Assembly: GCA_008080745.1 (NCBI GenBank)
Contig: SHMX01000001.1
Coordinates: 330,001 to 362,000, forward strand
Origin: Candidatus Thorarchaeota archaeon
GTDB lineage: Archaea; Asgardarchaeota; Thorarchaeia; Thorarchaeales; Thorarchaeaceae
DNA length: 32,000 bases
Direction of reading: 5' to 3'
A program made the translations under genes and the position numbers. Each line of letters starts with the position of its first letter. The stretch's first letter is position 1. Shown here in pieces: positions 1 through 9,822 of this stretch. Under the pieces are notes generated by a model. The model was not told the DNA's origin, ran no database searches, and worked only from the letters and a program-made list of their open reading frames with translations.

Positions 1-584
1 CTTATCCTATAGAAGAAGCTGTATGTTTTTCGATGTTCTTCCGAACCTTGTTGACGTAAATCGTTCAAATATCTCTCAATGGTAGCATCATGAACTGTCG
101 GATCCATAATATCTGATAGTTCTTCAACATCAACAACTACAGCGGTTTCAAAATAATAGGCAAGAGGAAATTCAGTTATGTGAAAAATGATAAATTTGTC
201 ACGGGTTATACTATTATAGAGATGTTGGAATATAGACTGTTTTGAATAAAGCATACTCGCATCCAGAGTTGCAGGATTGAAATTTTCGGCTTCGCTTGAA
301 ACGGCTAGACGAAACATATCATCAAGCATATCCCCATCATAACCAATTCGGACAACATAGTAGGGAGAGTCCTTGCGCGTATCCTCAATTTTTCCGGTCA
401 CTTTAAGATATTCGTCAAAATCTCTACGGAATGTATCTGCCTCATTATCATTATCTAAGACAAAGAGCGACTGAGTGGGAGTTCCAAAGGCAGAAACAAC
501 TTTTTCATAAGCTTGGTAGCGAGCTCTTTTCTCAGGTTCGAATCTGCTAAGAATCGTATCCAAATCATGAGAGGAGTTCGCCAA
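1..584 (-). CDS. Hypothetical protein, runs off the left edge
   Basis: Translated by hand: stop-free minus frame from a probable TTG at 584 (MANSSHDLDTILSRFEPEKRARYQAYEKVVSAFGTPTQSLFVLDND...) to position 1. Start uncertain; no family recognised. Confidence 0.7.
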   Translation of the reverse strand, partial: MANSSHDLDTILSRFEPEKRARYQAYEKVVSAFGTPTQSLFVLDNDNEADTFRRDFDEYLKVTGKIEDTRKDSPYYVVRIGYDGDMLDDMFRLAVSSEAENFNPATLDASMLYSKQSIFQHLYNSITRDKFIIFHITEFPLAYYFETAVVVDVEELSDIMDPTVHDATIERYLNDLRQQGSEEHRKTYSFFYRI

Positions 585-837
585 GTATTCCGCACCCGCT
601 ATAGTTCTGTTCGTTCATTCACTGTTCTGTTGACACAGTTTATATCCCGTGTCAGTTGTCAATGATAGCGCACAATCAATGAGAGATTCCCATAAAGAAG
701 AACCATTGACATTCTGCAATTGATAACTTGACTCATATATTCTTTGCTCACCTATCTAGCTGATTCAATCCATTGAGTTAAAAAATGAAATTTACAGACC
801 CGATAAAGAAAGAAATGCTTGAAAATATACCATTAGA

Positions 838-2133
838 ATGAAATATCAAGGGAAAAGTCACGAGAGAATGATGAGTGTGATACATATGCAGCATACATCG
901 AAACTGATCAAAGGATCATTAAGTTCATTACTTGAGGGGAAATCTATAGCTCTATGCATTACGGGAAGTGTAGCAGCTGTTGAGTGTGTTGCTCTATCAC
1001 GAACTCTAATGCGTCATGGTGCAGAAGTATATACAATAATGAGTTCAGCGGGTCAAAAGATAATTCATCCACATTTAATGGAATGGGCTACAGGTAACCA
1101 AATAGTTACTGAGCTAACAGGTCAAATCGAACACGTGACACTAGCAGGAAAGCATAAAGACCATGTCGATCTCATTCTCGTCGCACCCTCTACTGCCAAT
1201 ACAATTGGAAAAATAGCCAACGGGATTGACGATACACCAGTTACCACCACGGTATCATCAGGAATAGGAGCGAAAATTCCAGTCGTAATTGTTCCAGCAA
1301 TGCATCAATCTATGTATGATCATCCAGCAGTTATGGACAATATTGCAAAACTTCGCGATATTGGAGTGCATGTGATGGCCCCCAGAATGGAAGAGGCCAA
1401 GGCAAAGATTCCCACGGTATCCTCAATAGTAGATTATGTTATAGGTGTGCTTGGACCACAAGACCTTGTTGGAAGGCATTTCCTAATTACTGCAGGCCCC
1501 ACGAGAGGGTGGATCGACCGTGTTCGATTTATTACAAACCCCTCAACGGGAAAAATGGGCATAGCGGTAGCACAGGAAGTTATTGCAAGAGGAGGGGATG
1601 TAACCCTCATTCTAGGACCAACTTCACTTGATGGTCCTGAATATGCTGACATCGTTCATGTTGAAACCTCACAAGACATGCTGGATGCGGTATTAGATAC
1701 TCTGAACAATCATAATGTTGATGTGTTCGTTTCAGCAGCCGCTGTACTCGATTATATCCCTAAAACAAAAGTGGACAAGAAAATGCCCTCTGGAAAGGAT
1801 TCTCTTACTGTAGAATTGGAACCAACGAAGAAAATAATTGAAGAGGCGAGAAAACACCATCCAGAACTATACATAGTGGGTTTTAAAGTAGAATCGGGAG
1901 TTTCCGATGAGGAACTTGAAAAGCGAGCGAGAAAGAAGATTGAAACAGGGATATGTAATATGGTGGTAGCAAACGATGCACTGCGAAAAGGTGTCGCGTT
2001 TGGAACTGATACTAACCAAGTCCTAATCGTTGGCCCTGAAGACATATTAGAAACAGAACTAGCTTCTAAAAGGGATATAGCAAGAACGATAGTTGATGAG
2101 ATTGTTCGAAGATATCCTAATAAGAGTCACTAA
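838..2133 (+). CDS. coaBC: Bifunctional phosphopantothenoylcysteine decarboxylase/phosphopantothenate-cysteine ligase
   Basis: ITGSVAA, EHV, APSTANTIGKIANGIDD, PAMH flavoprotein domain; ITAGPTR..IDRVRFITNPSTGKMG, AAAVLDY, VGFKVES, VVAND ligase domain. The start may be a later Met. Confidence 0.95.
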   Translation: MKYQGKSHERMMSVIHMQHTSKLIKGSLSSLLEGKSIALCITGSVAAVECVALSRTLMRHGAEVYTIMSSAGQKIIHPHLMEWATGNQIVTELTGQIEHVTLAGKHKDHVDLILVAPSTANTIGKIANGIDDTPVTTTVSSGIGAKIPVVIVPAMHQSMYDHPAVMDNIAKLRDIGVHVMAPRMEEAKAKIPTVSSIVDYVIGVLGPQDLVGRHFLITAGPTRGWIDRVRFITNPSTGKMGIAVAQEVIARGGDVTLILGPTSLDGPEYADIVHVETSQDMLDAVLDTLNNHNVDVFVSAAAVLDYIPKTKVDKKMPSGKDSLTVELEPTKKIIEEARKHHPELYIVGFKVESGVSDEELEKRARKKIETGICNMVVANDALRKGVAFGTDTNQVLIVGPEDILETELASKRDIARTIVDEIVRRYPNKSH

Positions 2134-2492
2134 AGAACTTCGAGCAAAGTTTCAGCCATTCTCTTCATATCCATGAATATCAGACCAAGTTGTGCATCCA
2201 CTTTGGCAAGTACAAGAAGAAGTGCACTATCACCAACTGAGGTTAGCAATGTATAACCCTTGTCACCCTTGACATATACCTGTTCAAGATTACCACGATC
2301 AAGCTCACCTGTTGCCTTGTCCCCCAAAGTAAGCATAGCTGCACTGATAGCAGCAACTCGCTCCTGTTCACTCTCTGGGAGAGCAGAAGATATCATCAAG
2401 CCATCAAGTGAAACCAGAGCGGCACCTTCAACACCTGGAACTGTTTCGAAGTCTCTGATGATTTTATTGATTTTGTCTACCCGACTGGTCAT
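2130..2492 (-). CDS. Roadblock/LC7 (MglB-like) domain protein
   Basis: 120 aa; GVEGAALVSLDGLMISS, ERVAAISAAML, ELDRGNLEQVYVKGDKGY, LGLI match the Roadblock/LC7 pattern. Confidence 0.92.
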   Translation of the reverse strand: MTSRVDKINKIIRDFETVPGVEGAALVSLDGLMISSALPESEQERVAAISAAMLTLGDKATGELDRGNLEQVYVKGDKGYTLLTSVGDSALLLVLAKVDAQLGLIFMDMKRMAETLLEVL

Positions 2493-2591
2493 AGTTGAAG
2501 CCTCTGGCCAATTAGAACAATGGATAGTCGCTTAAATCCTCATTAAAATCTTGTCGTATTATAGGTGAAAGATGCGCACCAATTGCGCATC

Positions 2592-5500
2592 CTAGACACC
2601 AAAGAACTCTTTTGGATCGAATTTTTCGTCTTCTTCCTGCTGTTTTTTACGTTCTTCTGCAGATGGGGCCTCATATTTGCTTCCTCGACGAGGAATTAAA
2701 TCATCTCCCCGCCTATAACGCATATAGAGATATCCAGCAATCACCGTAGCAAAAACACCACCTACTAGAAGAATCGGAATCCACGGGAATGGACGAATGA
2801 ACACATATCCTGTAAACACCACAGATAAGGTATCGTAACCTGATTTGACCCCTCTTAACTGAAGATCAAGTTCTCCTACTCTTCCGTTGGTCCAAGCAGA
2901 ATCAAGTACCACGTCATAAAGACCCAATCCAATCTCTGTCACGACTACTTCTGTGTAGTTTACCCATGCTTGAAGGTTCACAGATGTAACAGGAGTGCCA
3001 GATCTATCAGATAGCATAATATGAAGTGTAACTGAATCGCCCTCCCAAATAATATATTGACTCAGACTAATTGAGTCTACAACTAGTGAGGGCTTGAGAT
3101 ACCATTCAACCACATTGCTTAATGTCTTATTTCTTTCAAGTCCAGTAGGATGTGTTGTTGTGAAAGCCAATTTCCCTGCACCAATAGCTCCTGCAACAAT
3201 AACGGGTTCACCGTTACTTGTAGCGAGGATAGAGAGGTTACTCCAAACTGAACTGAAATGACCAATTGTATCAATAGAAGAACCTAGATTTGTAGGAGAA
3301 GAAACTAGTGGATGTCCAACATCATCTATAGATATGGAGGAACTGGTAGTAGATACGGTATATGATAGAGGCCAAGGAATCCAATCCGAAGAACCTGTAA
3401 AGCCAAGAGCAACAAAAGTTCCACCCCCACGAACATAAGAATCAAGAAGACCTTTATTTGCAGCCAAGTCGCTGGTCAAGGTCGAATAAGAATCAGGCTC
3501 CACAACAGTTACTCGGGATAATTGAAGAAGACGGATGAATTCAGACATGTTAGTTGCTTCATAGTAGAGATACTCGACACCCAAGGAATTTAGTGTGTCA
3601 GGCAGATACGAGGTTGCTCCAAGGGCTGCAACGGAGGGGACACCATTTCCTGGTCGATGATCACCAAAAGCTGTAGTGTATGCATCAATCGATGTTACAT
3701 GTGGAAAATTCTCCGTGGTGTATAGATGGACTTCAGGATCTCCAAAAAGAACCTGCTGATTTGCATAATCCACAGGTTGGAAGGATGATGGATTTGCATA
3801 ATCAATAGATGTTCTCCGAAGTCCCTCTGATAGAGCCTCCCCTGTAGAATTTCCATTGGTAAGATATTCAGTCATTAGGACCGAGAGATAGCAAGCAGGA
3901 TTGAAATAGACGGTTCGAGGTGCAGCAGTAACAGATACCGCACCGTGTTCCATAAGTGTAAGAGGGAGTTCTGTTCCGCCCAATAGACAAGCGGTCAGGA
4001 ATACTATTGGAGAACCTATGTTTCCTATTACCTGTTCTAAATCTTCAGTACTGCGGGTAACATGGTGATTGAATTCACCCTGAAATGCAACAGGATTAAC
4101 CAGACCATCATTATTAAAATCCCGTGTGGAGAGAGATTCTTCAAAACCCCAGGATGCATCTTGATCCCTCAAAGAGAAAATGCCAGGTCCAAGGGGACGT
4201 TCTGGGGGATCTGTAGGATACAGAGTTAGGGTTCCATGAGTGCTCATAGACCACAGACCAATCTGAGATGCAACAGATGAAAAAACTGCGTCAACACCAA
4301 CATGCATATCCACAGTGAAACCAGCAGATGATAGAAGCGACTCTGATTCTTCAATCTGGAAAAGATTTTGACTAGAGGCAAAATTATCATATACTTGATC
4401 GCCGTTGGTGTATGCATACATGGTCAGAAGAGAGGTATCAGCATTCTCAGCTGTTGAGAAAAGAAATCTATGTAAAAGGCCACGATTAATCATTACAGAG
4501 GTTGAAGTCTGAGTTTTTCCAGGTATACGCCCACCATTGAAATCTGTTTGTAGAGACCTATCAAAACTAACATGAATCAGGTCGGTCGGCGCTACAATAA
4601 CAATAGATTGACTACTTGAGCTGTTGTACGCACCCCGATCTGAGAGGAATGATTCAAAACTGTTTTCAGAGAATTCCATTGAATGTTTGTTAGGGATACG
4701 GTCATCATACCATCCATTCTCAGTTCTCGTAGCATACTGATCAGTGATGTAAATCTCGATCTCAGGGCCTATCAGATAAGGAGCCCAGGTTTCTTCAGCT
4801 CGGGTTGTTAATGAATTGTCATCACCACAAAGAGAGAAAATAGGTGCCCCATGCACTGCTGCTGAATACACAGCTGGAGCAAATAATTCGTTTCCATTTC
4901 CCAAAGGAACACTGAGAACAACGTCTGTTTCCCCAGAGAGTAAAGCAATTTGATCGCTTATCATAGAGTACGTACTCCAAGTTGATAGAAACGTATCCTC
5001 ACTCAAAGCAGTTTCAAGAGATGATGAATGAACATTCATTGGATCTACAAGAATGCTTGTATCGACTCCCAGTTGGTTCATTACCCACTGAGTCACCTGA
5101 GGTATTTCATTTGGAGTGACGTAAAGAAGAGGGATGTTCATCAGGGATGCAATTACTGCAGCATTTCCAGCAGATTCCAGATAGGATTGAATTGAAGAGT
5201 CAATTGTAGCCAGTTCCCAAGAAAGATTTACACCATTGTTTTCTTCAGTCGCATCCATCCAAGAACCAATGACTGTCCACTCACCAGGCATAGGATAAGA
5301 AACCTCAACACGCTCTATGCTAGGACCGGAAAGTATACTACCACTTGGTGCCCATGCTCCAAGCCGTCCTGTAGGGTCAACAAGTGCCATATTTAGATCA
5401 GTAGCCGCGTTGTTCCAGTCCATCGTAACATTTAGCCATTTAGCATTATCAGGCACAGTAATACTCTGAGTGAATCCTGGATGGTGCTTAATCGTTCCGT

Positions 5501-6413
5501 CCAAGGAAATTGGACTAGAAACTGAATTGGGAGAAAGGGTCAGTGTCCAAGTTCCATCTTCTGTTTTAGGCACCCAGAACTGCAAAGGCACAGGAGTTTC
5601 TACGTACTGTGATGACCTAGATAAGGATGCAACTCTATATGTCAAGTAGTCTACAATTAGACCATTGGGATTCTCTAGGGTATGAGTGAATATCGTACTT
5701 CCTGCAGGATAATCAAACGACCCTTCTATCCATCCAGCAGTAGAGCTTGGTGTAAAAGTTAAATCAACCGAATCGGAAGATGTCACAGTCACATCATGAC
5801 TAGTAGTAGTCGTTGGATTGTTTACAAATTCAAATGTTGCCGAACCTTCTGTTATTTCGATTTGCTCGAAGCTGTCTTCAACTACCGCAAAGACCGCTGT
5901 GGAAGAACTACGCCAATCATTCACAGCCAACATTGCTGCAATCTCAGCCGATGTTGTACCAGTTATTCTTGGAAAGATTGGAGTATCAATCAGCTTCTGA
6001 ATATCCAAAATTTCTGCTTCTGTATAATCCCCGATCACAGTTGCCTGAGTGGCTCCACCATCAATACTGAGATATTCTGCCCAATCTTCAGTTAGCCATC
6101 TCTCGCTATCGCCCAATTTGGAGTATATCAACGGAGAAATATATTGTTGTCCTGCATGATTGAATACTGCTGTGGGAATAGCTGCCATATAGGCAAACTC
6201 GTCAATAAGTGAACTTGAATTGGGATTCACGAAAGTTGCCTTTCGGAGGGGCAAGGGTTCTCCAAGATATGAAGATAGATATGAATTGGAGTTCCTTTGG
6301 ATATAGGCATCTGGAACTAAATCCGCCTTGAATATTCCGAGAGAGGCTAGCGAAGGAAGCAATAGTAACGAGATTAGCAGAATAGCACATGGTTTTGTGG
6401 TCCTTCTAAGCAA
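2592..6413 (-). CDS. Large secreted, C-terminally membrane-anchored protein with a peptidase C25 (gingipain/clan CD)-like domain, cell-wall-binding-2-like repeats and beta-sandwich domains
   Basis: N-terminal signal peptide; ASLMNIPLLYV and SAAVHGAPIF segments; DLNMALVDPTG...PMPGEWTV PPC-like domain; STHG...IVFLTACLLG...GAVSV...GEAL...LFGDP; C-terminal TM (FPWIPILLVGGVFATVIAGYLYM) and charged tail. Confidence 0.75.
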   Translation of the reverse strand: MLRRTTKPCAILLISLLLLPSLASLGIFKADLVPDAYIQRNSNSYLSSYLGEPLPLRKATFVNPNSSSLIDEFAYMAAIPTAVFNHAGQQYISPLIYSKLGDSERWLTEDWAEYLSIDGGATQATVIGDYTEAEILDIQKLIDTPIFPRITGTTSAEIAAMLAVNDWRSSSTAVFAVVEDSFEQIEITEGSATFEFVNNPTTTTSHDVTVTSSDSVDLTFTPSSTAGWIEGSFDYPAGSTIFTHTLENPNGLIVDYLTYRVASLSRSSQYVETPVPLQFWVPKTEDGTWTLTLSPNSVSSPISLDGTIKHHPGFTQSITVPDNAKWLNVTMDWNNAATDLNMALVDPTGRLGAWAPSGSILSGPSIERVEVSYPMPGEWTVIGSWMDATEENNGVNLSWELATIDSSIQSYLESAGNAAVIASLMNIPLLYVTPNEIPQVTQWVMNQLGVDTSILVDPMNVHSSSLETALSEDTFLSTWSTYSMISDQIALLSGETDVVLSVPLGNGNELFAPAVYSAAVHGAPIFSLCGDDNSLTTRAEETWAPYLIGPEIEIYITDQYATRTENGWYDDRIPNKHSMEFSENSFESFLSDRGAYNSSSSQSIVIVAPTDLIHVSFDRSLQTDFNGGRIPGKTQTSTSVMINRGLLHRFLFSTAENADTSLLTMYAYTNGDQVYDNFASSQNLFQIEESESLLSSAGFTVDMHVGVDAVFSSVASQIGLWSMSTHGTLTLYPTDPPERPLGPGIFSLRDQDASWGFEESLSTRDFNNDGLVNPVAFQGEFNHHVTRSTEDLEQVIGNIGSPIVFLTACLLGGTELPLTLMEHGAVSVTAAPRTVYFNPACYLSVLMTEYLTNGNSTGEALSEGLRRTSIDYANPSSFQPVDYANQQVLFGDPEVHLYTTENFPHVTSIDAYTTAFGDHRPGNGVPSVAALGATSYLPDTLNSLGVEYLYYEATNMSEFIRLLQLSRVTVVEPDSYSTLTSDLAANKGLLDSYVRGGGTFVALGFTGSSDWIPWPLSYTVSTTSSSISIDDVGHPLVSSPTNLGSSIDTIGHFSSVWSNLSILATSNGEPVIVAGAIGAGKLAFTTTHPTGLERNKTLSNVVEWYLKPSLVVDSISLSQYIIWEGDSVTLHIMLSDRSGTPVTSVNLQAWVNYTEVVVTEIGLGLYDVVLDSAWTNGRVGELDLQLRGVKSGYDTLSVVFTGYVFIRPFPWIPILLVGGVFATVIAGYLYMRYRRGDDLIPRRGSKYEAPSAEERKKQQEEDEKFDPKEFFGV

Positions 6414-6563
6414 TGATATTCACTCCGAGGGCAATGATACTTCATTTTCAATCCCACAAATATGGTTTTGTTGGATTAAGGTATCAAATACCATTGACCT
6501 CTTCGTGTTTAGACATTTTATCCTATTGGTGAGGTGTATTTTGATTCGATGGACAGATATCGA

Positions 6564-7418
6564 TTACTGAAACTCTAATAGATCCTCATCAAAGTCCTCA
6601 TCATCTTCTTCATCTTCTTCTTCCTCTTCAGGAAGTTTGTCATAGATGTCGTCTAGAACCTTGCGTAATCTACGTCTGGTGCTTTTGGGTATATCCCAAA
6701 GTTTCTGTTCTGCACGCTCGAAGACCTCTCTTGCTATATCGTAAATTTCGGCTTCGAGATAGCTCTGTGAAGCTTCAGTGAAGTATTCGGCAGCCTTCTT
6801 CTGCTTCCCTTGAATCTCCGCTATATCTCCAAGCAGGGACAAAGCATCTGCAGTACCAGCTTTATCATCTATCTCTTGGTATATCTTCAATGCTTTCTTG
6901 AACGTCTTCGTAGCACTAGTCCAATCTTCTTGTTCAGCCTCAACATTTCCCATGTCCATGATAATACTGGCTACACCTTGCTCATTACCCAGTTTCTTGT
7001 AAGCACGTTGGGCTTGCTTGAAATAATCCATAGCAGTTTCAACATCACCTTTGCCATGATGAGCAAGACCGAGGGCATAAAGAGCATCAGCAGAACCTTC
7101 TTCGTTTTTCACTGAATCAAATTGTTCCATAGCCTTTTCACAGGTTGTGATTGCTTCATCCCACTGTTCTAAGTTAATCTGAGCGACACCAAGATTATAC
7201 AAGGTATCACTGATACCAGTTTCATCATCAAGCTCTTTAAAGAGTTCAACTGAACGTTCAAAACACTCCAAGGCATCCTCAAACTCAGCGAGAGACATGT
7301 AAACATTACCTGCAGTATTGAAAATTTTAGCAGCTATTTCTTTTTCTCCAGCTTCTAGGGCAGCTTCACCTTGTTCCGTCAGTTCCATTGGATCCAAATC
7401 AATTTCATCATCGCTCAT
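6564..7418 (-). CDS. Tetratricopeptide repeat protein with acidic C-terminal tail
   Basis: Repeated TPR units (TLYNLGVAQINLEQWDEAI, ALYALGLAHHGKGDVETAMDYF, ALSLLGDIAEIQG); tail EEEEEDEEDDEDFDEDLLEFQ. Confidence 0.9.
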   Translation of the reverse strand: MSDDEIDLDPMELTEQGEAALEAGEKEIAAKIFNTAGNVYMSLAEFEDALECFERSVELFKELDDETGISDTLYNLGVAQINLEQWDEAITTCEKAMEQFDSVKNEEGSADALYALGLAHHGKGDVETAMDYFKQAQRAYKKLGNEQGVASIIMDMGNVEAEQEDWTSATKTFKKALKIYQEIDDKAGTADALSLLGDIAEIQGKQKKAAEYFTEASQSYLEAEIYDIAREVFERAEQKLWDIPKSTRRRLRKVLDDIYDKLPEEEEEDEEDDEDFDEDLLEFQ

Positions 7419-7486
7419 GAGGATTACCTCTCATACACAGGTTTCTACGCGCAGTAATATTGCTTTTGAATCCTTCTGACTGCACA

Positions 7487-8188
7487 TTATCGGCGCATGA
7501 TGAGTACCGGATTCTCAAGAAGCGGTCTAATTTCATCTTTAACGTGGAAGGTCTCATCTCCTACGGTGACTTCCAGCAATTTTCTCAGCTCAAAACGTCT
7601 CAAATAACCCACAGCTTGCTCTCGTCCCAGACTAAGATCACTCATGAGCTTACTGAGACCGTCACTCTGTCCACTGTATTCTGCAAATTTAGCAAAAACT
7701 GAACTCCACTGCATCATAGAAAGATAGAGCAATGTTCGAAGGAGACGATCAACATTCTCGCCAGTTTTCGCAGAACAAGGGATTACAGGTACACCGGCAA
7801 GAAAACTCATACGTTTCCTGAGTTCATCAACATGCCTAGCACCCTCTGCATCCTGCTTGTTTGCCGCTACAATACAGGGAACTCCTGGCAGGAAGAAAGC
7901 AATTTCTCGGAAGAAAAGGCGTGCACGAGCATCAGCCTCAGGATCTACCGAATCGACAACAAATATGATACCATCCGCGCCAGAGCTGAGAATCTTTCTC
8001 ATTGTTCTGAAACGTAATAGTCCGGGAGTGCCAAACATGAAAACACTCATACCATCAACATTTGCAAGTCCATGGTCCATTGCAATAGTAGTTCCACGGC
8101 GTTCGATATTGATACAAGCACCATCTGTGATGGTGTGAATCATCTTGCTCTTTCCTGATTCGTATGGCCCTGTGACTACAATCTTCAT
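7487..8188 (-). CDS. Small GTPase of the MglA/CvnD-like type with C-terminal helical (possibly winged-helix) extension
   Basis: G1 GPYESGKS, G2 region TTIAMDHG, G3 FGTPG(L), GADGIIFVVDS, G4 NKQD, G5 CSAK; about 75 extra C-terminal residues. Confidence 0.88.
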   Translation of the reverse strand: MKIVVTGPYESGKSKMIHTITDGACINIERRGTTIAMDHGLANVDGMSVFMFGTPGLLRFRTMRKILSSGADGIIFVVDSVDPEADARARLFFREIAFFLPGVPCIVAANKQDAEGARHVDELRKRMSFLAGVPVIPCSAKTGENVDRLLRTLLYLSMMQWSSVFAKFAEYSGQSDGLSKLMSDLSLGREQAVGYLRRFELRKLLEVTVGDETFHVKDEIRPLLENPVLIMRR

Positions 8189-8572
8189 GTTAATGCACCC
8201 TTTATTCAGGTATTGTTTCCCATATACGATATGGGGATTTAATGTTTATCGTATTAAATCCCATAGGTCGAGGACTCATCAGGTACTTATTTCGACGATT
8301 GCCGAAGTAGTGTTCTCCAAAGAAGTTATATCGACAAAACACGAAGTATTATATGAATAATATAATTGGAGCGAATTATCATTGTCCGAGATAAAAGAAA
8401 CAGTTCAGCAGGAATTCTGGTTATTCCATGAGGAAAATATCGACGAGCTGGTTGAACTTAGAAAATTCATGGATCCAGAAATAGACTTGAAGAGCCTAGA
8501 GGGAATTACAGATATCTTCGACCGTCTGAATCATCTTCTTGGCTAAGACTCGTATTCAAATTCGGTTATTTT

Positions 8573-8625
8573 ATGGAAGAGATGAGACCGTCCGCTCGCG
8601 ACGGCCCTCCTCAATCACTTTCCAT
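8573..8625 (-). promoter_or_regulatory. 3'-UTR stem-loop of selD, candidate SECIS element
   Basis: Minus strand AUGGAAAGUGAUUGAGGAGGGCCGUC-GCGAGCG-GACGGUCUCAUCUCUUCCAU folds into a long imperfect hairpin with a purine-rich 5' bulge, 18 nt after the selD stop. Confidence 0.55.
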
Positions 8626-8643
8626 TATTGGTTTAAAGTGATA

Positions 8644-9678
8644 TCATGGGAAATCGGTCTCTATGAATTCTACATCTTCAGCTAAAACAGCAGAAGGATT
8701 AGCGGAAGCTTTTCTTACGGTTCCAATAGGCCAAGCGGGTAAGCCATATCCATACAATTCTTGAACAAAACTCTCAACTTTCTCACGTGAGAGAAATACC
8801 AGCATTCCGCCAGCAGTCTCTGCACCAAGTCCAACGGAGAGTTTGTGTCCAAAGAATGATGCAAGTTCTAGGGTACCACGGATGACAGGAAGTACATTCA
8901 ACTGGATATCTACACAGCTCAGGGATGCAACATTCATTGCATGTCCAAGAACACCAAAGCCAGTCACATCAGTAGCGGCATGCACACCAATAGTCCTCAT
9001 AGCCTTGGCAACCTCAAGATTACTCTGAGTCATTATCTTCACTGCAGTTTCCTGCATTCTAAGAAGTTCATGTTCATCGAACTCTGCAAGAAGTGCGTCA
9101 CGCTTCTCATCCTTAAGATCACGATAAGACCTCATGGCAGGTTGAATACCAAGAGGCTTTGTCAATACAATTGCGTCACCAGGACGTGCACCACTTGAAT
9201 AGATGACATCATTTGGATGCAAAACACCCAGACAAATACCACCAAATACTGGACACGGATTTGTGATTGTCTGACCACCAGTAACTTTCGTGCCCAACCG
9301 TTCCATGAAGTCATTCATGCCCTTGAGGACATCTGCAATGATGCTTTCCTCCAAGTCTTTTGGATAAGCCATGAATGCTTGTAAGGATACAATATCCGTT
9401 GAACCCATAGCAAATACATCGTTTGTTGCATTACATGCTACAATCTCACCTTGCGTATAGGGATCATCATGGATTGGTGTAAACACATCCACATTTTCCA
9501 CAATGGCTATATCCTCACTCAGAACTTGTGTCACCGCATCATCACCTAGCTGACCAGAACATGAAGTTTCAGCGGGAAGCAGTCCAGCTTTTTGAAGTAA
9601 TCGGGTCAGGTCATCCTGCTTGACCTTGCAGCTTCAGCCATGCGAAGTTACCAATGTTGTCAGTCGTATTTTTGACAC
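8644..9678 (-). CDS. selD: Selenophosphate synthetase (selenide, water dikinase), selenocysteine-containing, 344 aa
   Basis: The ORF-track fragment 8644-9534 has DVFTP, GEIVACNATNDVFAMG, GGQT, LTKPLG, ATDVTGFGVLGH, ETAGGML. The same frame extends to a GTG at 9678 (GGAGGT upstream): MSKIRLTTLVTSHG-U-SCKVKQDDL...GDDA, with one UGA at codon 15. Confidence 0.95.
9634..9636 (-). other. In-frame UGA read as selenocysteine (Sec15 of SelD)
   Basis: CAT GGC TGA AGC TGC AAG: the UGA sits at the catalytic Cys/Sec position of the SelD (C/U)xxK motif. Confidence 0.9.
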
Positions 9679-9822
9679 TTGGGTATTCTACCTCCATATT
9701 TTCTAGGACGTAAATCCTAACACATTATGATTCAACATCCAAGATAAGTCCTGAGTTTCTGTTGTCCTGTCACAATGCTTATAGCAAACCCGAAGAGTCT
9801 TTTCTTTGAGACAGAGGATTGA

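Noticed and set aside
2130-2133. 4-nt overlap of convergent stop codons (also 11271-11274)
   Set aside because: Common in compact archaeal genomes.
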